A DNA stretch of 64,000 nt from Gammaproteobacteria bacterium (GTDB lineage: Bacteria > Pseudomonadota > Gammaproteobacteria > Steroidobacterales > Foliamicaceae): assembly GCA_011523505.1 (NCBI GenBank), contig WTGP01000008.1:140345-204344 (forward strand), in the 5' to 3' direction. The position numbers and the translations under genes were made by a program. The notes under the pieces were generated by a model. It saw only the letters and a program-made list of their open reading frames with translations, did no database searches and had not been told where the DNA came from. The stretch's first letter is position 1. Every line of letters starts with the position of its first letter. Below, in pieces: positions 28,462 through 38,768 of the stretch.

Positions 28462-31400
28462 TTTCCGCCCGACCCAGGCGAAATAGACCGCCGGGATCAC
28501 GAGCAGCGTAAGCGCCGTCGTCGAAACCATCCCGCCCAGCATGGGCAGCGCGATCCGGCGCATCACGTCCGCACCGAGACCGCCGGTCAGGAATATCGGC
28601 ATAAGGCCGACGAGCACCGTTATCACGGTCATCAGTATGGGCCGCAGGCGCAGCGCGGCGCCCACGCTGATGGACAGCATGATTTCCTCCTTGTTTGCGG
28701 GCTTGTCCTCACGCACGTGGTTGTCGAGGTACATCACCATGACCACGGCGGTTTCAGCCGCAACTCCACCGAGCGCGATGAACCCCACCGCGACGGCCAC
28801 GGACAGGTTGTAACCGGCCAGCCATATCGCCCACAGTCCCCCGATCAGGGCGAAGGGCAGCGAAAGCATGATGATGGCGGTCCGGTCCAGCCGTCCGAAG
28901 TGCAGCATCAGCAGCAGAAAGATCAGCGCGATCGCCGACGGTATGGCGATCCTGAGACGTGCCCCGGCCGCTTCGATCTGCTCGTATTGCCCGGACCACT
29001 CGATCGCGTAGCCCGGCGGGAGCCGCACGGCGCTGTCCACGACGCGCCGGGCCTCGGCAACGTAGCCGCCCAGGTCCCGGCCCTCGATATCCACGAAGAC
29101 CCAGCCGGTGAGGCGCGCGTTCTCGGAGCGGATCATGGGCGGCCCCTCCGTAAAGAACACGGCTGCGAGTTCTCCGAGCGGAATATGCGCCCCCGTGGGC
29201 GTCGGCACCAGGATGTTCTCAAGATCGTCCCGGGTCTCCCGAAACGGCCGGTCGTAGCGCAGCATGATGTCGTAACGCTCGCGTCCTTCCACGCTTTCGG
29301 CGAGCTTCATGCCGCCCAGCGCGGTCTGGATGACCGATTGGAATACGCCCATGTCGATATTACGGCGCGCAAGCTCGGAGCGATTCGGCACGATTTCGAG
29401 GTAATTGCCGCCCAGCACCCGGTCGGCAAGCGCCGTGCGGGTGCCGGGGACCCGGCTGACGGCCGATTCCACTTCGCGGGCGATCCGCTCAAGCTCAGCG
29501 AGATCGTCGCCCGTAATCTTTACGCCGACGGGTGTGCGCACACCGGTCGACACCATGTCCATCCGAATATTGATCGGGTAGCCCCAGGAGTTCTTCAGAC
29601 CCGGCATCTGCAGACGCCCGTTCAGGTCTTCGACGAGTTTCTCGGGTGTCATTCCGTCACGCCATTCCGACATTGGCTTGAGCCGAATCCAGGTCTCGAT
29701 CATCGTCAGCGGCGCCGGGTCGGTGGCGGTGTCCGCCCGGCCGGCCTTGCCGAAAACGCTTTCGACCTCCGGCGCCGCCGCGATCACCCGGTTGGTCTGG
29801 CCAAGGACTTCACGGATCTTCGTGGAGGAAACGCCCGGCAGCGTCGTCGGCATGTACAGCAGTTCGCCTTCGTATAGGGGCGGCATGAATTCCGATCCCA
29901 GGCGGGAATACGGAATCAATGCGCTCGCGATCAGGATTACGGCCGCCGTCACCGTCATCCATTTGAACCGCAAGGCAGCGCGCAGACAGGGAGCATAGAG
30001 TCGCGCGGCGAACTCGCTGACCGGATTGCGCACCCGCAGATGCCCCTTGAGGAGCAGCAGGATCAGCACCGGCACCAGCGTGACCGACAGCAAGGCCGCG
30101 AAACCCATTGCGTAGGTCTTGGTGTAGGCCAGCGGGGCGAACAGGCGGTGACTTTCGCCGGTCAACGCGAATACCGGCAGAAAGGAAACGGTGATGATGA
30201 GCAGGGAGAAGAACACGCCGGGGCCGACTTCCCGAACCGCCTGGATGACGGCCCGCCGGCGGGCTTCGCGACCGGCCCCCGCGCCCAGGTCCGACAGCTT
30301 CCGGTTCGCGTTCTCCACCATCACGATCGAGGCATCCACCATCGTGCCGATGGCGATGGCGATACCGCCCAGCGACATGATGTTGGCGGTTATGCCCTGC
30401 GCGGACATGATGACGAATGCTCCGAGCACCCCCAGCGGCAGCGTGATCAGGGCCACGAAAGCGGAGCGAACATGCAGCAGGAAGATGAAGATCACCAGCG
30501 CCACCGCGATCCCTTCTTCGATCAGCTTGCGATTCAGGTAGGAGACGGCCCCTTCGATGAGCGGGGCGCGGTCATAGGTCGTGACGATACGGACGCCTTC
30601 GGGCAGCCCGCGCTCAAGGTCTTCCAGCCTTGCCTTTACCCGGCGGATCACGTCCAGCGCGTTTTCTCCGTCGCGCATAACGACGATCCCGGCGACGGTC
30701 TCGCCCACGCCGTTCAGGTCCACGATGCCGCGCCGCAACGCCGGGCCCTCGACAATCCGGGACACGTCGGCGAGGGTCACGGGCGTGCCGTCTTCCGCGT
30801 ACACGACTACCTGCTCCAGGTCGAGACGGCCCTCGACGTAACCGGACGACCGGATCACGAACTCGCTTTCACCCTGCTCCAGCACGCGTCCGCCTACTTC
30901 GCTGGACGCGGCTCCCACGGCCTCGGAAATGCGCCGGATGGACACGTCGTAGGCGCGCAGCTTGTTGGGGTCGATGAGCACCTGGTACTCGCGCACGAAA
31001 CCGCCCACGGACGCAACCTCCGCAACCCCGTCGACGCCGGCCAGCTCAAAACGCAGGAACCAGTCCTGCAGCGAACGCAGTTGGGCGAGGTCCGTGCGCC
31101 CGCTCTCGTCCACCAGAGCGTATTGATATACCCACCCCACCCCGGTCGCGTCCGGACCGATCTGCGGTGTTGCGCCTTCCGGCAATTCCGCGCTGAGTCG
31201 TGAAAGGGCCTCCGCGACCCGCGAGCGCGCCCAATACAGGTCCACATTGTCTTCGAATATCACGTAGACAAAGCTGGTCCCGAACATCGACGAGCCCCGC
31301 ACGTCCCTGGTCTTGGGCAATCCAAGCAGATTGGCCGACAGCGGATAGGTCACCAGGTCCTCGACGATCTGCGGGGACTGCCCCGGAAACTCGGTGCGGA

Positions 31401-31596
31401 TGATCACCTGCGTGTCGGTCAGGTCCGGGATGGCGTCCAGCGGCGTCCTTTCCAGCGACAGCCAGCCGGCCAGCATGAGTCCGGCAGCCAACGTCAATAC
31501 GATGATCGGATTATCGGCCGACCAGGCGATCAGCCGGGCGATCGCCGAGTCCGACGGGTCCCGGCCGGCCAGCTGCTCTGCGGGGTGTTCGGCCAC
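28435..31596 (-). CDS. cusA: CusA/CzcA-family heavy-metal RND permease (Cu(I)/Ag(I) type)
   Basis: DAIPDLTDTQVII, GPDATGVGW, AIGTMVDASIVMVEN; Met-triad contexts ELLYMPT, PAPLTMIET, RMDMVSTG match E. coli CusA. Confidence 0.95.
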   Translation of the reverse strand: MAEHPAEQLAGRDPSDSAIARLIAWSADNPIIVLTLAAGLMLAGWLSLERTPLDAIPDLTDTQVIIRTEFPGQSPQIVEDLVTYPLSANLLGLPKTRDVRGSSMFGTSFVYVIFEDNVDLYWARSRVAEALSRLSAELPEGATPQIGPDATGVGWVYQYALVDESGRTDLAQLRSLQDWFLRFELAGVDGVAEVASVGGFVREYQVLIDPNKLRAYDVSIRRISEAVGAASSEVGGRVLEQGESEFVIRSSGYVEGRLDLEQVVVYAEDGTPVTLADVSRIVEGPALRRGIVDLNGVGETVAGIVVMRDGENALDVIRRVKARLEDLERGLPEGVRIVTTYDRAPLIEGAVSYLNRKLIEEGIAVALVIFIFLLHVRSAFVALITLPLGVLGAFVIMSAQGITANIMSLGGIAIAIGTMVDASIVMVENANRKLSDLGAGAGREARRRAVIQAVREVGPGVFFSLLIITVSFLPVFALTGESHRLFAPLAYTKTYAMGFAALLSVTLVPVLILLLLKGHLRVRNPVSEFAARLYAPCLRAALRFKWMTVTAAVILIASALIPYSRLGSEFMPPLYEGELLYMPTTLPGVSSTKIREVLGQTNRVIAAAPEVESVFGKAGRADTATDPAPLTMIETWIRLKPMSEWRDGMTPEKLVEDLNGRLQMPGLKNSWGYPINIRMDMVSTGVRTPVGVKITGDDLAELERIAREVESAVSRVPGTRTALADRVLGGNYLEIVPNRSELARRNIDMGVFQSVIQTALGGMKLAESVEGRERYDIMLRYDRPFRETRDDLENILVPTPTGAHIPLGELAAVFFTEGPPMIRSENARLTGWVFVDIEGRDLGGYVAEARRVVDSAVRLPPGYAIEWSGQYEQIEAAGARLRIAIPSAIALIFLLLMLHFGRLDRTAIIMLSLPFALIGGLWAIWLAGYNLSVAVAVGFIALGGVAAETAVVMVMYLDNHVREDKPANKEEIMLSISVGAALRLRPILMTVITVLVGLMPIFLTGGLGADVMRRIALPMLGGMVSTTALTLLVIPAVYFAWVGRKLPPAALDE

Positions 31597-31598
31597 GG

Positions 31599-32861
31599 CT
31601 AATGCCTGTGCATGGAGTGGTCGGTGGCGCCGTCCGGGGACTGCGGATCGAGCTTGGCAAGCCCCTCGCGCAGGTTGGCCTCGGAATCGAGCATGAACTG
31701 CCCGCTCACGACCACCCTCTCACCTGCGTTCAGACCCGCAAGAATTTCCGTGCGGCCGCCCCCCGCAACGCCTGTCTCCACGGTACGGCCGGTAAAACGG
31801 CCGTCGCCCAGAGCGACGATCACATGCTCGCCCCGGCTGTCGCGCAAGAGGGCCTCGGTGGGCACGGAAAGGCGCGCTTCGCCGCTTCCCAGGCTGAATT
31901 GAATGTCCGCGTAGGCGCCGGGGCGCAACGCTCCGGAAGCATTGTCCACTTCGATGCGGACGTCGGCGGTGCGGGTCCTGGGATCGATCGTCGGATAGAC
32001 GTAATCCACCGTTCCCTCTTTCGGCGCCCCGGGCGCGCTCGGGAATTGCAGCGAAACCGTCTGCCCCGCCTCAACCATGGACAGGTCCGCTTCGGGGATG
32101 GAGGCGATGATCCAGACCCTTTCGTAGGACTGAAGACGAAGGATCTGCGTTCCGGGCTTCACGTAATCGCCTTCCCGCACCGAAAGGGCGGCTATCGTCC
32201 CGGAAGCCTCCGCGTAAACGGGCAAGCGCTCGATCACTTCGCGGTTTTCGACGAGCTGGTCGATTGCGGTGGCCTGCATGCCGTCGGAAATCAGACGCTG
32301 GCGGCCCGAATCCATGCGCGACCGGCGGCCCGCCTCCAGTGCAGCCAGGAAGTCCTTCTGCGCGGCAATCAGCTCGGGGCTGTATACCCGGTACAGCAGC
32401 GCGCCGCGCTTGACCTCGTCTCCCTCCGCACGCACCGCGAGGTCTTCGATCCATCCCTCCAGCCGGGAAACGGCAACGGTCTCAAGCCGTTCGTTGCTTT
32501 CGACGTTTCCGTACGCACGAACCGTCCTTTCGAAAAAGGCAGTTTCCACGCGGGCTGTGCGCACACCCATGGTCTGGATCATTTCCGGCGCCACCTGCAC
32601 CTCCGGCGCGGCGCCTCGCGGGAGTTTGGACCCATTCGAAACGGGCACGAGATCCATCCCGCAAATGGGACAAGGGACATCGGGATCCTGCGACACGAAT
32701 TGAGGATGCATCGGGCAGGTATGCTGCTGATCCGCCTGCACAAACGTTGGGGACTGTCCCGCCGGCGAATCGGGGCCGGACCCGTTTCCGCCACAGCCTC
32801 CAACCGCCAATGCGGTCAACAGCAACGCGGCGAAATAACAACGAAAACTGAAAGTGTTCAT
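31599..32861 (-). CDS. cusB: RND periplasmic adaptor with N-terminal heavy-metal-binding domain
   Basis: Lipobox-like VGGC; CPMHP...CPICGMDL; GWIEDL, YSPELIAAQ, VDYVYPTIDPRTRT, SGQFMLDSE; His-rich end DHSMHRH. Confidence 0.9.
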   Translation of the reverse strand: MNTFSFRCYFAALLLTALAVGGCGGNGSGPDSPAGQSPTFVQADQQHTCPMHPQFVSQDPDVPCPICGMDLVPVSNGSKLPRGAAPEVQVAPEMIQTMGVRTARVETAFFERTVRAYGNVESNERLETVAVSRLEGWIEDLAVRAEGDEVKRGALLYRVYSPELIAAQKDFLAALEAGRRSRMDSGRQRLISDGMQATAIDQLVENREVIERLPVYAEASGTIAALSVREGDYVKPGTQILRLQSYERVWIIASIPEADLSMVEAGQTVSLQFPSAPGAPKEGTVDYVYPTIDPRTRTADVRIEVDNASGALRPGAYADIQFSLGSGEARLSVPTEALLRDSRGEHVIVALGDGRFTGRTVETGVAGGGRTEILAGLNAGERVVVSGQFMLDSEANLREGLAKLDPQSPDGATDHSMHRH

Positions 32862-34090
32862 GACGTCACCAGTAAGGAATTGAGTCGCGCCAACGCGCGG
32901 TCGCGGCGGGCCTGCTCGTCTGCCATCCGGCCCAGCAGGATCAGTTCCGCCAGTTCGCCATCGATAACCGGCGAGTAGTCCCCTATTCCCGACTCGTACC
33001 GGGTCCGCTGAGCCTGAACCTGCTCGCGGATGGCGGAGATTTTTGCCAGCAGCGCGGCGAAGGCCGCTTCCGCGGCCCGTCTGGTCGCGTCCAGGACCGC
33101 GTACCGGGCCGCCGCGGTTCTCGCTGCGGCCATGTGGCGATTTCTGGCGCTTTCCCGCTCAGCCCGCGCCGCGCGCAGCGCCGGAGCCTGCGAACGGCTG
33201 CCCCACAAGGGAACACTGAAAGTTACGGCGGCCGATACCCAGTCGTCGCCCGGAAAACGCATGCCCGAGGCGCCCGAGTCACGTTGCTGATAAGTAACCT
33301 GCAGGCCCCAGTCCGGTTTCCAGGCGGCCTGCGCCTCGGACACGCCTGCGTCGGCCACGGTTATGTTCTCCCGCGCCACCCGTACCGCGTGAAAGGCATC
33401 GGGATTTCCCGACCAGGCCTGCGGCTCCAGATCCGGCGGAGGCACGTTTCCGGCGCCGACGACGAGGTCCTGAAGACGCGCATCGACCTCTGCCCTTTCG
33501 CCTTCGAGGTCCGCCAGGGCACGGTCGACCTCCGACCGCTGCAGGTCGATCTCGGCCAGGCGGAACAGCACCGGGCGCCCTGCGGCAATCTCGCCCTGCA
33601 CGATCTGCTCCAGTTCGCCGTACAGGGAATCCTGCTGCCTCAGGTAAGAAACCTGCTCTGCTATACGGCGCCTTTCGACCAGTGCAACGATCAATTCGGC
33701 GCGCATCCGCGCAAACTGCAGAGCTTCCACCGCGTCATTGTGTGCGGCGCGGCGATTCGCGCGCTCCGACCGGGCTGCGCGTTCGGGCCGGTTGGGAATC
33801 TGCTGGCTTATGCCGAGCGCCTTGTTGGTAGGCAGGTAAGTACGGAATGAAGGGTCGAGCAATGGAAAGTTGTTGACGCCTACCGATACCACAGGATCGG
33901 GCCACGCCACGGCGGCAACGGCATCTTCGCGGTAGGCCTGCGTTTGCAGGCGGAGCGCCTGGAGTGCGGGATGGTCCCTGAGACGCGCCTCAAGCTCCTC
34001 GAAGCTTTGCCCGAACAGGGGCGGTGCGCTTAGAGCAAGACCAAGCGAACACGCCAGGAATAAGAATGGTTTTCGGCTGTTTCTGGCCAT
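32858..34090 (-). CDS. TolC-family outer membrane efflux protein (CusC-like)
   Basis: Signal peptide, WPDPVVS and WKPDWGL...FSVPLW repeats, long helices; first large gene of the operon. Confidence 0.85.
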   Translation of the reverse strand: MARNSRKPFLFLACSLGLALSAPPLFGQSFEELEARLRDHPALQALRLQTQAYREDAVAAVAWPDPVVSVGVNNFPLLDPSFRTYLPTNKALGISQQIPNRPERAARSERANRRAAHNDAVEALQFARMRAELIVALVERRRIAEQVSYLRQQDSLYGELEQIVQGEIAAGRPVLFRLAEIDLQRSEVDRALADLEGERAEVDARLQDLVVGAGNVPPPDLEPQAWSGNPDAFHAVRVARENITVADAGVSEAQAAWKPDWGLQVTYQQRDSGASGMRFPGDDWVSAAVTFSVPLWGSRSQAPALRAARAERESARNRHMAAARTAAARYAVLDATRRAAEAAFAALLAKISAIREQVQAQRTRYESGIGDYSPVIDGELAELILLGRMADEQARRDRALARLNSLLVTS

Positions 34091-34169
34091 CTTGATCTCC
34101 CTTTGAGGGAAATGAGCGGGTAGGGGTACGCACCGGGCAATGACCCGGTACGAGCGTTGCGCTCGATGA

Positions 34170-34571
34170 CTAGATCAGTAGGCGCTGCTTGAGTACGACA
34201 GGTGTTTGCGCCTGCCTTGCAACGGCGGCAGGCGGCCCGGCAATTCGTACGCTTTGCGGACGAACCGATGGCACGGAATGGTCCGAAATCGCCGGCGGCA
34301 GTTTGAATCCCGGCTCGTTCTTGAACGCGATCGCCTTGGCTGCTCCGCCGGCCGGCGCCGGTTCGAAGTCGGCGCACTCGGAGCATTCCGGCGCACAGCC
34401 GTGTCCTTCACGAGCCTGCCCGTCGTCCGGACAGTCCCCGCACAGGGGAGCTTCGGTGACCGGCTCCTGCGCCTGGGCCAACAGATCGGCCAGGCAACAG
34501 CAGGCAATGGCCTGCTGCATGCCGAACAGGGCAGCGGCCAGGACCAGCGAAATGCGCGCAGATGCCTTCAT
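34170..34571 (-). CDS. Cys-rich exported small protein at the head of the cus operon (CzcI/DUF2946-like)
   Basis: Hydrophobic N-terminus, ACCC, CGDC, GHGCAPECSEC, Pro-rich tail ending RLLI; TATACT 10 nt upstream of ATG. Confidence 0.6.
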   Translation of the reverse strand: MKASARISLVLAAALFGMQQAIACCCLADLLAQAQEPVTEAPLCGDCPDDGQAREGHGCAPECSECADFEPAPAGGAAKAIAFKNEPGFKLPPAISDHSVPSVRPQSVRIAGPPAAVARQAQTPVVLKQRLLI

Positions 34572-34635
34572 CAGGTTTCCAAGTATACGCTTTCGGCGCT
34601 CTTACTGGTTGGATGCGCAACTCGGCAGGAGGGTT

Positions 34636-35889
34636 TCAGGCCTGTGCCGATGCCGCCTTGCCGCGCCCCAGCAGCAACAGCATCGCCGGGCCCAGCACAA
34701 GCAGCGCCATCGCCGGCAACAGCACCAGAATGTACGATCCCTGAACGTCGAAGGTGAGCGCGAATATCACGGGACTGGACGCGGTAATGAATGCCTGACA
34801 GATCATGATCAGCGAGTAGACGCGCCCGTAGGATGCAAGGTCGAATTCGCGCGCAATCATGTACGGCAAGGCAGCGAATTTGGCGCCCGCGGACAGACCC
34901 AGGCAGCCCGCCGCGCACACCACCGTCCACACGGGAAGTTCCGGCAGGATCAGCAATCCGCAGGCAGCCGCCCCAACCGCCAGGGCCACAAAAGCCAGGC
35001 CCGGCGCCCACACGTAGTCGATGAGATATCCGCCGCCCACTCTTCCCACCATGAGGAACGGACCGATCAGGCTGAACAGCGCCGCCGCCTGCCGCCCAGA
35101 ATAACCGGCGTCCTCGAGGATGGGGACAAAACTGGCAATCATTCCCGACAGACCGAAAGTCGCGCAGCAGAATGCAATTGCCATGATCCAGAAGGTACGG
35201 GACCGGACCGCCAGCCTGAATCCGGAACTGGGCCTGACCTGACCCGCCCGGGCAGGCGCCTCGTTCTCCTCCGACGGGCGTTCGGGCGGCTTGCGCGGCG
35301 CATCCTTCAAACCGAGGATCAGGACAGGAACCCCCACCAGGAGAATGAGCGCCGAAACTCCGAAAAAGCCCGCGCGCCAGTTGAAGTACTCCATGAGGGT
35401 CGCGACAAAGGGCGGCATGAACAGGGCCGCCAGTCCGCTTCCCGAAAGCAATATGCCGAAGGCCATGCCCCTCTTGCGTTCGAACCATCCGGCCACGTAC
35501 CGCGTCAGCGCGATCGAGGAGGCGCCCATGCCGAGGACGGTTGCGATCGACCAGGAGGCGTAGAAGCGCGGCAGCCAGTCGCTGCTCGTGCCGATCAGCG
35601 CCATGCCCAGGCCATAGCCCACCGTGCCCCAGATCACCAGGGGCCGGGCGCCGTAGCGATCGCACAGCCAGCCGAGGAGCGGCGCCACGCTCGCGGCGGT
35701 CATCGTGGCTACCGTGAAGCTCAGGGCCACCTCGGCGCGCGACCAGCCGAAGGCTTCCCCCAGGGGGATGGTAAGAACACCCAAAAGGTAAACCGGCACG
35801 GTGCCGAAACTGAACACCTTGCCGACCAGGGCCGCGCCCAGCGGCCGCCAACCGCGGCGAAACTCGCTCCAGGGACTGACGGGACTCAT
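34636..35889 (-). CDS. MFS transporter
   Basis: GWLCDRYGAR, GYLIDYVW, AREFDLASYGRVY; about 12 TMs. Confidence 0.9.
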   Translation of the reverse strand: MSPVSPWSEFRRGWRPLGAALVGKVFSFGTVPVYLLGVLTIPLGEAFGWSRAEVALSFTVATMTAASVAPLLGWLCDRYGARPLVIWGTVGYGLGMALIGTSSDWLPRFYASWSIATVLGMGASSIALTRYVAGWFERKRGMAFGILLSGSGLAALFMPPFVATLMEYFNWRAGFFGVSALILLVGVPVLILGLKDAPRKPPERPSEENEAPARAGQVRPSSGFRLAVRSRTFWIMAIAFCCATFGLSGMIASFVPILEDAGYSGRQAAALFSLIGPFLMVGRVGGGYLIDYVWAPGLAFVALAVGAAACGLLILPELPVWTVVCAAGCLGLSAGAKFAALPYMIAREFDLASYGRVYSLIMICQAFITASSPVIFALTFDVQGSYILVLLPAMALLVLGPAMLLLLGRGKAASAQA

Positions 35890-35928
35890 AAGGGCGACAT
35901 ACGTTGTCGGTAACCTTCGCCGCGCAGC

Positions 35929-35952
35929 TAGGGCCTGTTAACGCAGGCCCTA
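35929..35952. repeat. Short TA-bounded inverted repeat between the tandem MFS genes
   Basis: tagggcctg-ttaacg-caggcccta; its right end is the TAG stop of the upstream MFS gene. Confidence 0.6.
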
Positions 35953-37206
35953 ATGCCCCGCGACGGGACCGCGGCCTTTCTTCAGAAAGAGAAGCAACGC
36001 GGGACCCAGCACCAGCAAGACCGCAGACAGCAGCAACAGCGAGCGATAGCTGCCGGTCTGATCGAAGGCGTAACCGAAGATCGGAGGGCTGATGGCGGTG
36101 ATGACCGCCACGCCCACGACCAGCAGTGAATACACCCGGCCGTAGGACTCAAGACCGAACTCGCGGGCAGCCAGATAGGACAGGGCGTCCCACTCCGCGC
36201 CGGCCGCCAGGCCCAGGCAGAAGGCGGCGACAACCACAAGCCAAACCGGAAGCGCCGGCAGAATCAGCAGGCCGCAGGCAATGGCGCCGAAGGCCAGCGC
36301 CACGAAGGTCAGCCCGGGGGCCCAGAGCTTGTCCAGCAGGTAGCCCACGCCCAGCCTTCCCACCATCACGAACAGACCGATCAGGCCGGTAAGCGCGCCG
36401 GCCTGTCCGGCGCCGTAGCCGACGTCCCTGAGGATCGGATTGAAGCTGGAAATCAGTCCGGCAATGCCGAATGTGGCGGCGCAGAATGCGATCGACATCA
36501 GCCAGAAGGCCCGGCTCTCGAAGGCCAGGCGAAAGCCGCGGGGGCGCTGGACGGGCGCGCCTCCGTTCAAGGCGTCTCCGGCCCCGGACTTGTTGGCGGG
36601 CGCCGTCTTTTTCGGAGCGTCCTTGAGCCCCGCCACCACTACCGGAACGCCGATCAGCAGGATCGCCGCCGACAAACCCAGGTAGCCCGCCCGCCAATCG
36701 AAGTTCTCGATCAGGGAGGCCACGAACGGCGGAGCGGCAAAGGCGGTAAGGCCGCTGCCCATCAGCATGATGCCGAGAGCCAGGCCGCGCTTGCGCTCGA
36801 ACCAGCCCGCCACGAACCGGGTCAGCGCGATCGCCGAGGCGCCCACGCCGAGCATCGTCGCCAGCGACCACGAGGCGTAGTAGCGCAACAGCCAGTCGCT
36901 GCTGGTCGCGATGATCGCCATGCCCAGGCCGTAGCCCACCGTGCCTGCAATCACCAGCGGACGCGAACCGAAGCGATCGCAGAGCCAGCCAACGAGCGGC
37001 GACAGGCTGGCCGAGGTAAAGGTAGCGACCGTGAAGCTGAAAGTAACCTCAGCGCGCGACCAGCCGAAGGCCTCGCCCAGCGGAACCGTGAACACGCCCA
37101 CCACGTAGATCGGAATGGTGCCGAAGCTGAACGCCTTGCCGATGACAGCGGATGCCAGGGGTTTCCAGCCACGGCGGAACTCATTCCAGGGACTGACCGA
37201 ATTCAT
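35950..37206 (-). CDS. MFS transporter (tandem paralogue of 34636..35889)
   Basis: MNSVSPWNEFRRGW versus MSPVSPWSEFRRGW; GWLCDRFGSR; AREFGLESYGRVY. Confidence 0.9.
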   Translation of the reverse strand: MNSVSPWNEFRRGWKPLASAVIGKAFSFGTIPIYVVGVFTVPLGEAFGWSRAEVTFSFTVATFTSASLSPLVGWLCDRFGSRPLVIAGTVGYGLGMAIIATSSDWLLRYYASWSLATMLGVGASAIALTRFVAGWFERKRGLALGIMLMGSGLTAFAAPPFVASLIENFDWRAGYLGLSAAILLIGVPVVVAGLKDAPKKTAPANKSGAGDALNGGAPVQRPRGFRLAFESRAFWLMSIAFCAATFGIAGLISSFNPILRDVGYGAGQAGALTGLIGLFVMVGRLGVGYLLDKLWAPGLTFVALAFGAIACGLLILPALPVWLVVVAAFCLGLAAGAEWDALSYLAAREFGLESYGRVYSLLVVGVAVITAISPPIFGYAFDQTGSYRSLLLLSAVLLVLGPALLLFLKKGRGPVAGH

Positions 37207-37361
37207 TGGAGCAACATACGCGCTTCCCATCACCAAAAGCAAGCAAAGGCGAATACGCCGGGTACGAGATCTTCCTCCGGAAGCGACGCCCTCCGTCCCG
37301 GGCCCGGTCGCCCGTAGAATAGCGCCCTCACGCCCCGGCGCTATCCAGACCGAGCCCCGCC

Positions 37362-38738
37362 TTGAATCAGACCGCCGCTTCCGCCGCGCCTTCCGTGCCG
37401 TTCCATCAACGGCTGACCTGGGGCATGGGGTCGCTGGGCACGATCACCTACCTGAACGTGTTCACGGCGCTGGCCATGTATTACCTGACCTTTGTGCTCA
37501 AGGTGGACGAGGCGCTGGCCGGAACGCTGATTACCGCCGCCCGCCTGATCGATGCTTTCAGCGACCCTTTGATGGGCTGGGTAACCGACCATACGCGCAG
37601 CCGCTGGGGCCGTCGCAGACCCTATTTGCTGCTGGGCGCCGTGGTCTGCGCCGCTTCGCTTCCCGCTGTCTTTTCCCTTCACGGCATGTCCGATGTACTG
37701 CCTCCTTCCACCGTCCTGGTGATGGCCGTACTGATCTCCTATTCCCTTGGCTTCACGATCTTCAACGTTCCTTACCTGACGATTCCCGTGGAAATGACCA
37801 CCGATCGGATGCAACGCCTGAGTCTGATGAGCTACCGCTCGGTGTTCATGATGGTCGGCGCCGCGCTCGGCGCATCGGTCGCCCCGGCCATGCTCGAGTT
37901 CTTCGGCGGCGATACGAACGCATCGGCCTTTCAGATCATGGCGGGGACGCTCGGCGCAGTGGTCCTGGTATCGATGCTGACAACCTTTCTCGGCACTCGC
38001 GGAGCCTGGTCGGCCCCGGTGGAGACACAGCCGAAACTGTCCATTGGGAAACAGATCCGGACGGTCAGCAAGAACACGCCATTCGTGCTGCTGATCGGCG
38101 CCAAGTGCACACAATTCGTGGCGCTGGCCGTTACGGGCGGGACCGTCGTTTACATGTTTACGGTGGTCCTAAAGCAGCCTCTCACACTTCTGCCCTGGCT
38201 GGCGATCTCCACAAGCCTGACCATCCTTGTCGCGATTCCGTTCTGGAAATGGTACGGCCGATCCATCACCAAGCGTCGCGGCGTACTGATCGGGGCGGGC
38301 GCGGAGATTTTCGCCCACCTGAGCTGGCTGCTGGTCAGCCCGGACTGGAGCAACGAGGCGATGATTGCCTTCCTCGTTGCCCGCGGAATGTTCTCGGGCT
38401 TCTTTGCCGGGGCCATCCTGCTCTATTCGCAGGCCATGTGGCTTGACACGATCGATTACGACCAGGAACGCACGGGGCTGCGCCGCGAGGGCCTCTACAC
38501 GTCGGTGTACGTGTTCGTGGAAAGACTGGGATATTCGCTCGGCCCCATCCTGCTGGGATTCATCCTCAAGGCGGGGGGATTGAACATCAATCTGGACCCC
38601 GCGGACCAGCCGGCCAGCGCGGCGGCGGCAATCCTCTTCTGTATGGTCGCTATCCCGGCGATCGCGCAGGTATGCATGGTGCTGTTCGTCTGGTTCTACA
38701 GATTGCCAGAAATAATTAAAGGCATATCAAAGATATAA
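37362..38738 (+). CDS. GPH-family (MelB-like) glycoside/cation symporter
   Basis: RLIDAFSDPLMGWVTDHTRSRWGRRRPYLL, FNVPY, TIDYDQERTGLRREGLY. Confidence 0.9.
   Translation: MNQTAASAAPSVPFHQRLTWGMGSLGTITYLNVFTALAMYYLTFVLKVDEALAGTLITAARLIDAFSDPLMGWVTDHTRSRWGRRRPYLLLGAVVCAASLPAVFSLHGMSDVLPPSTVLVMAVLISYSLGFTIFNVPYLTIPVEMTTDRMQRLSLMSYRSVFMMVGAALGASVAPAMLEFFGGDTNASAFQIMAGTLGAVVLVSMLTTFLGTRGAWSAPVETQPKLSIGKQIRTVSKNTPFVLLIGAKCTQFVALAVTGGTVVYMFTVVLKQPLTLLPWLAISTSLTILVAIPFWKWYGRSITKRRGVLIGAGAEIFAHLSWLLVSPDWSNEAMIAFLVARGMFSGFFAGAILLYSQAMWLDTIDYDQERTGLRREGLYTSVYVFVERLGYSLGPILLGFILKAGGLNINLDPADQPASAAAAILFCMVAIPAIAQVCMVLFVWFYRLPEIIKGISKI
38703..38730 (+). promoter_or_regulatory. Possible acnA promoter TTGCCA-N16-TATCAA inside the AT-rich 3' end of the GPH gene
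   Basis: 38701-38770 contains only 20 G+C in 70 nt. Confidence 0.35.
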
Positions 38739-38768
38739 CGGATACTTCTAAATCAAGGATTAACTGTA

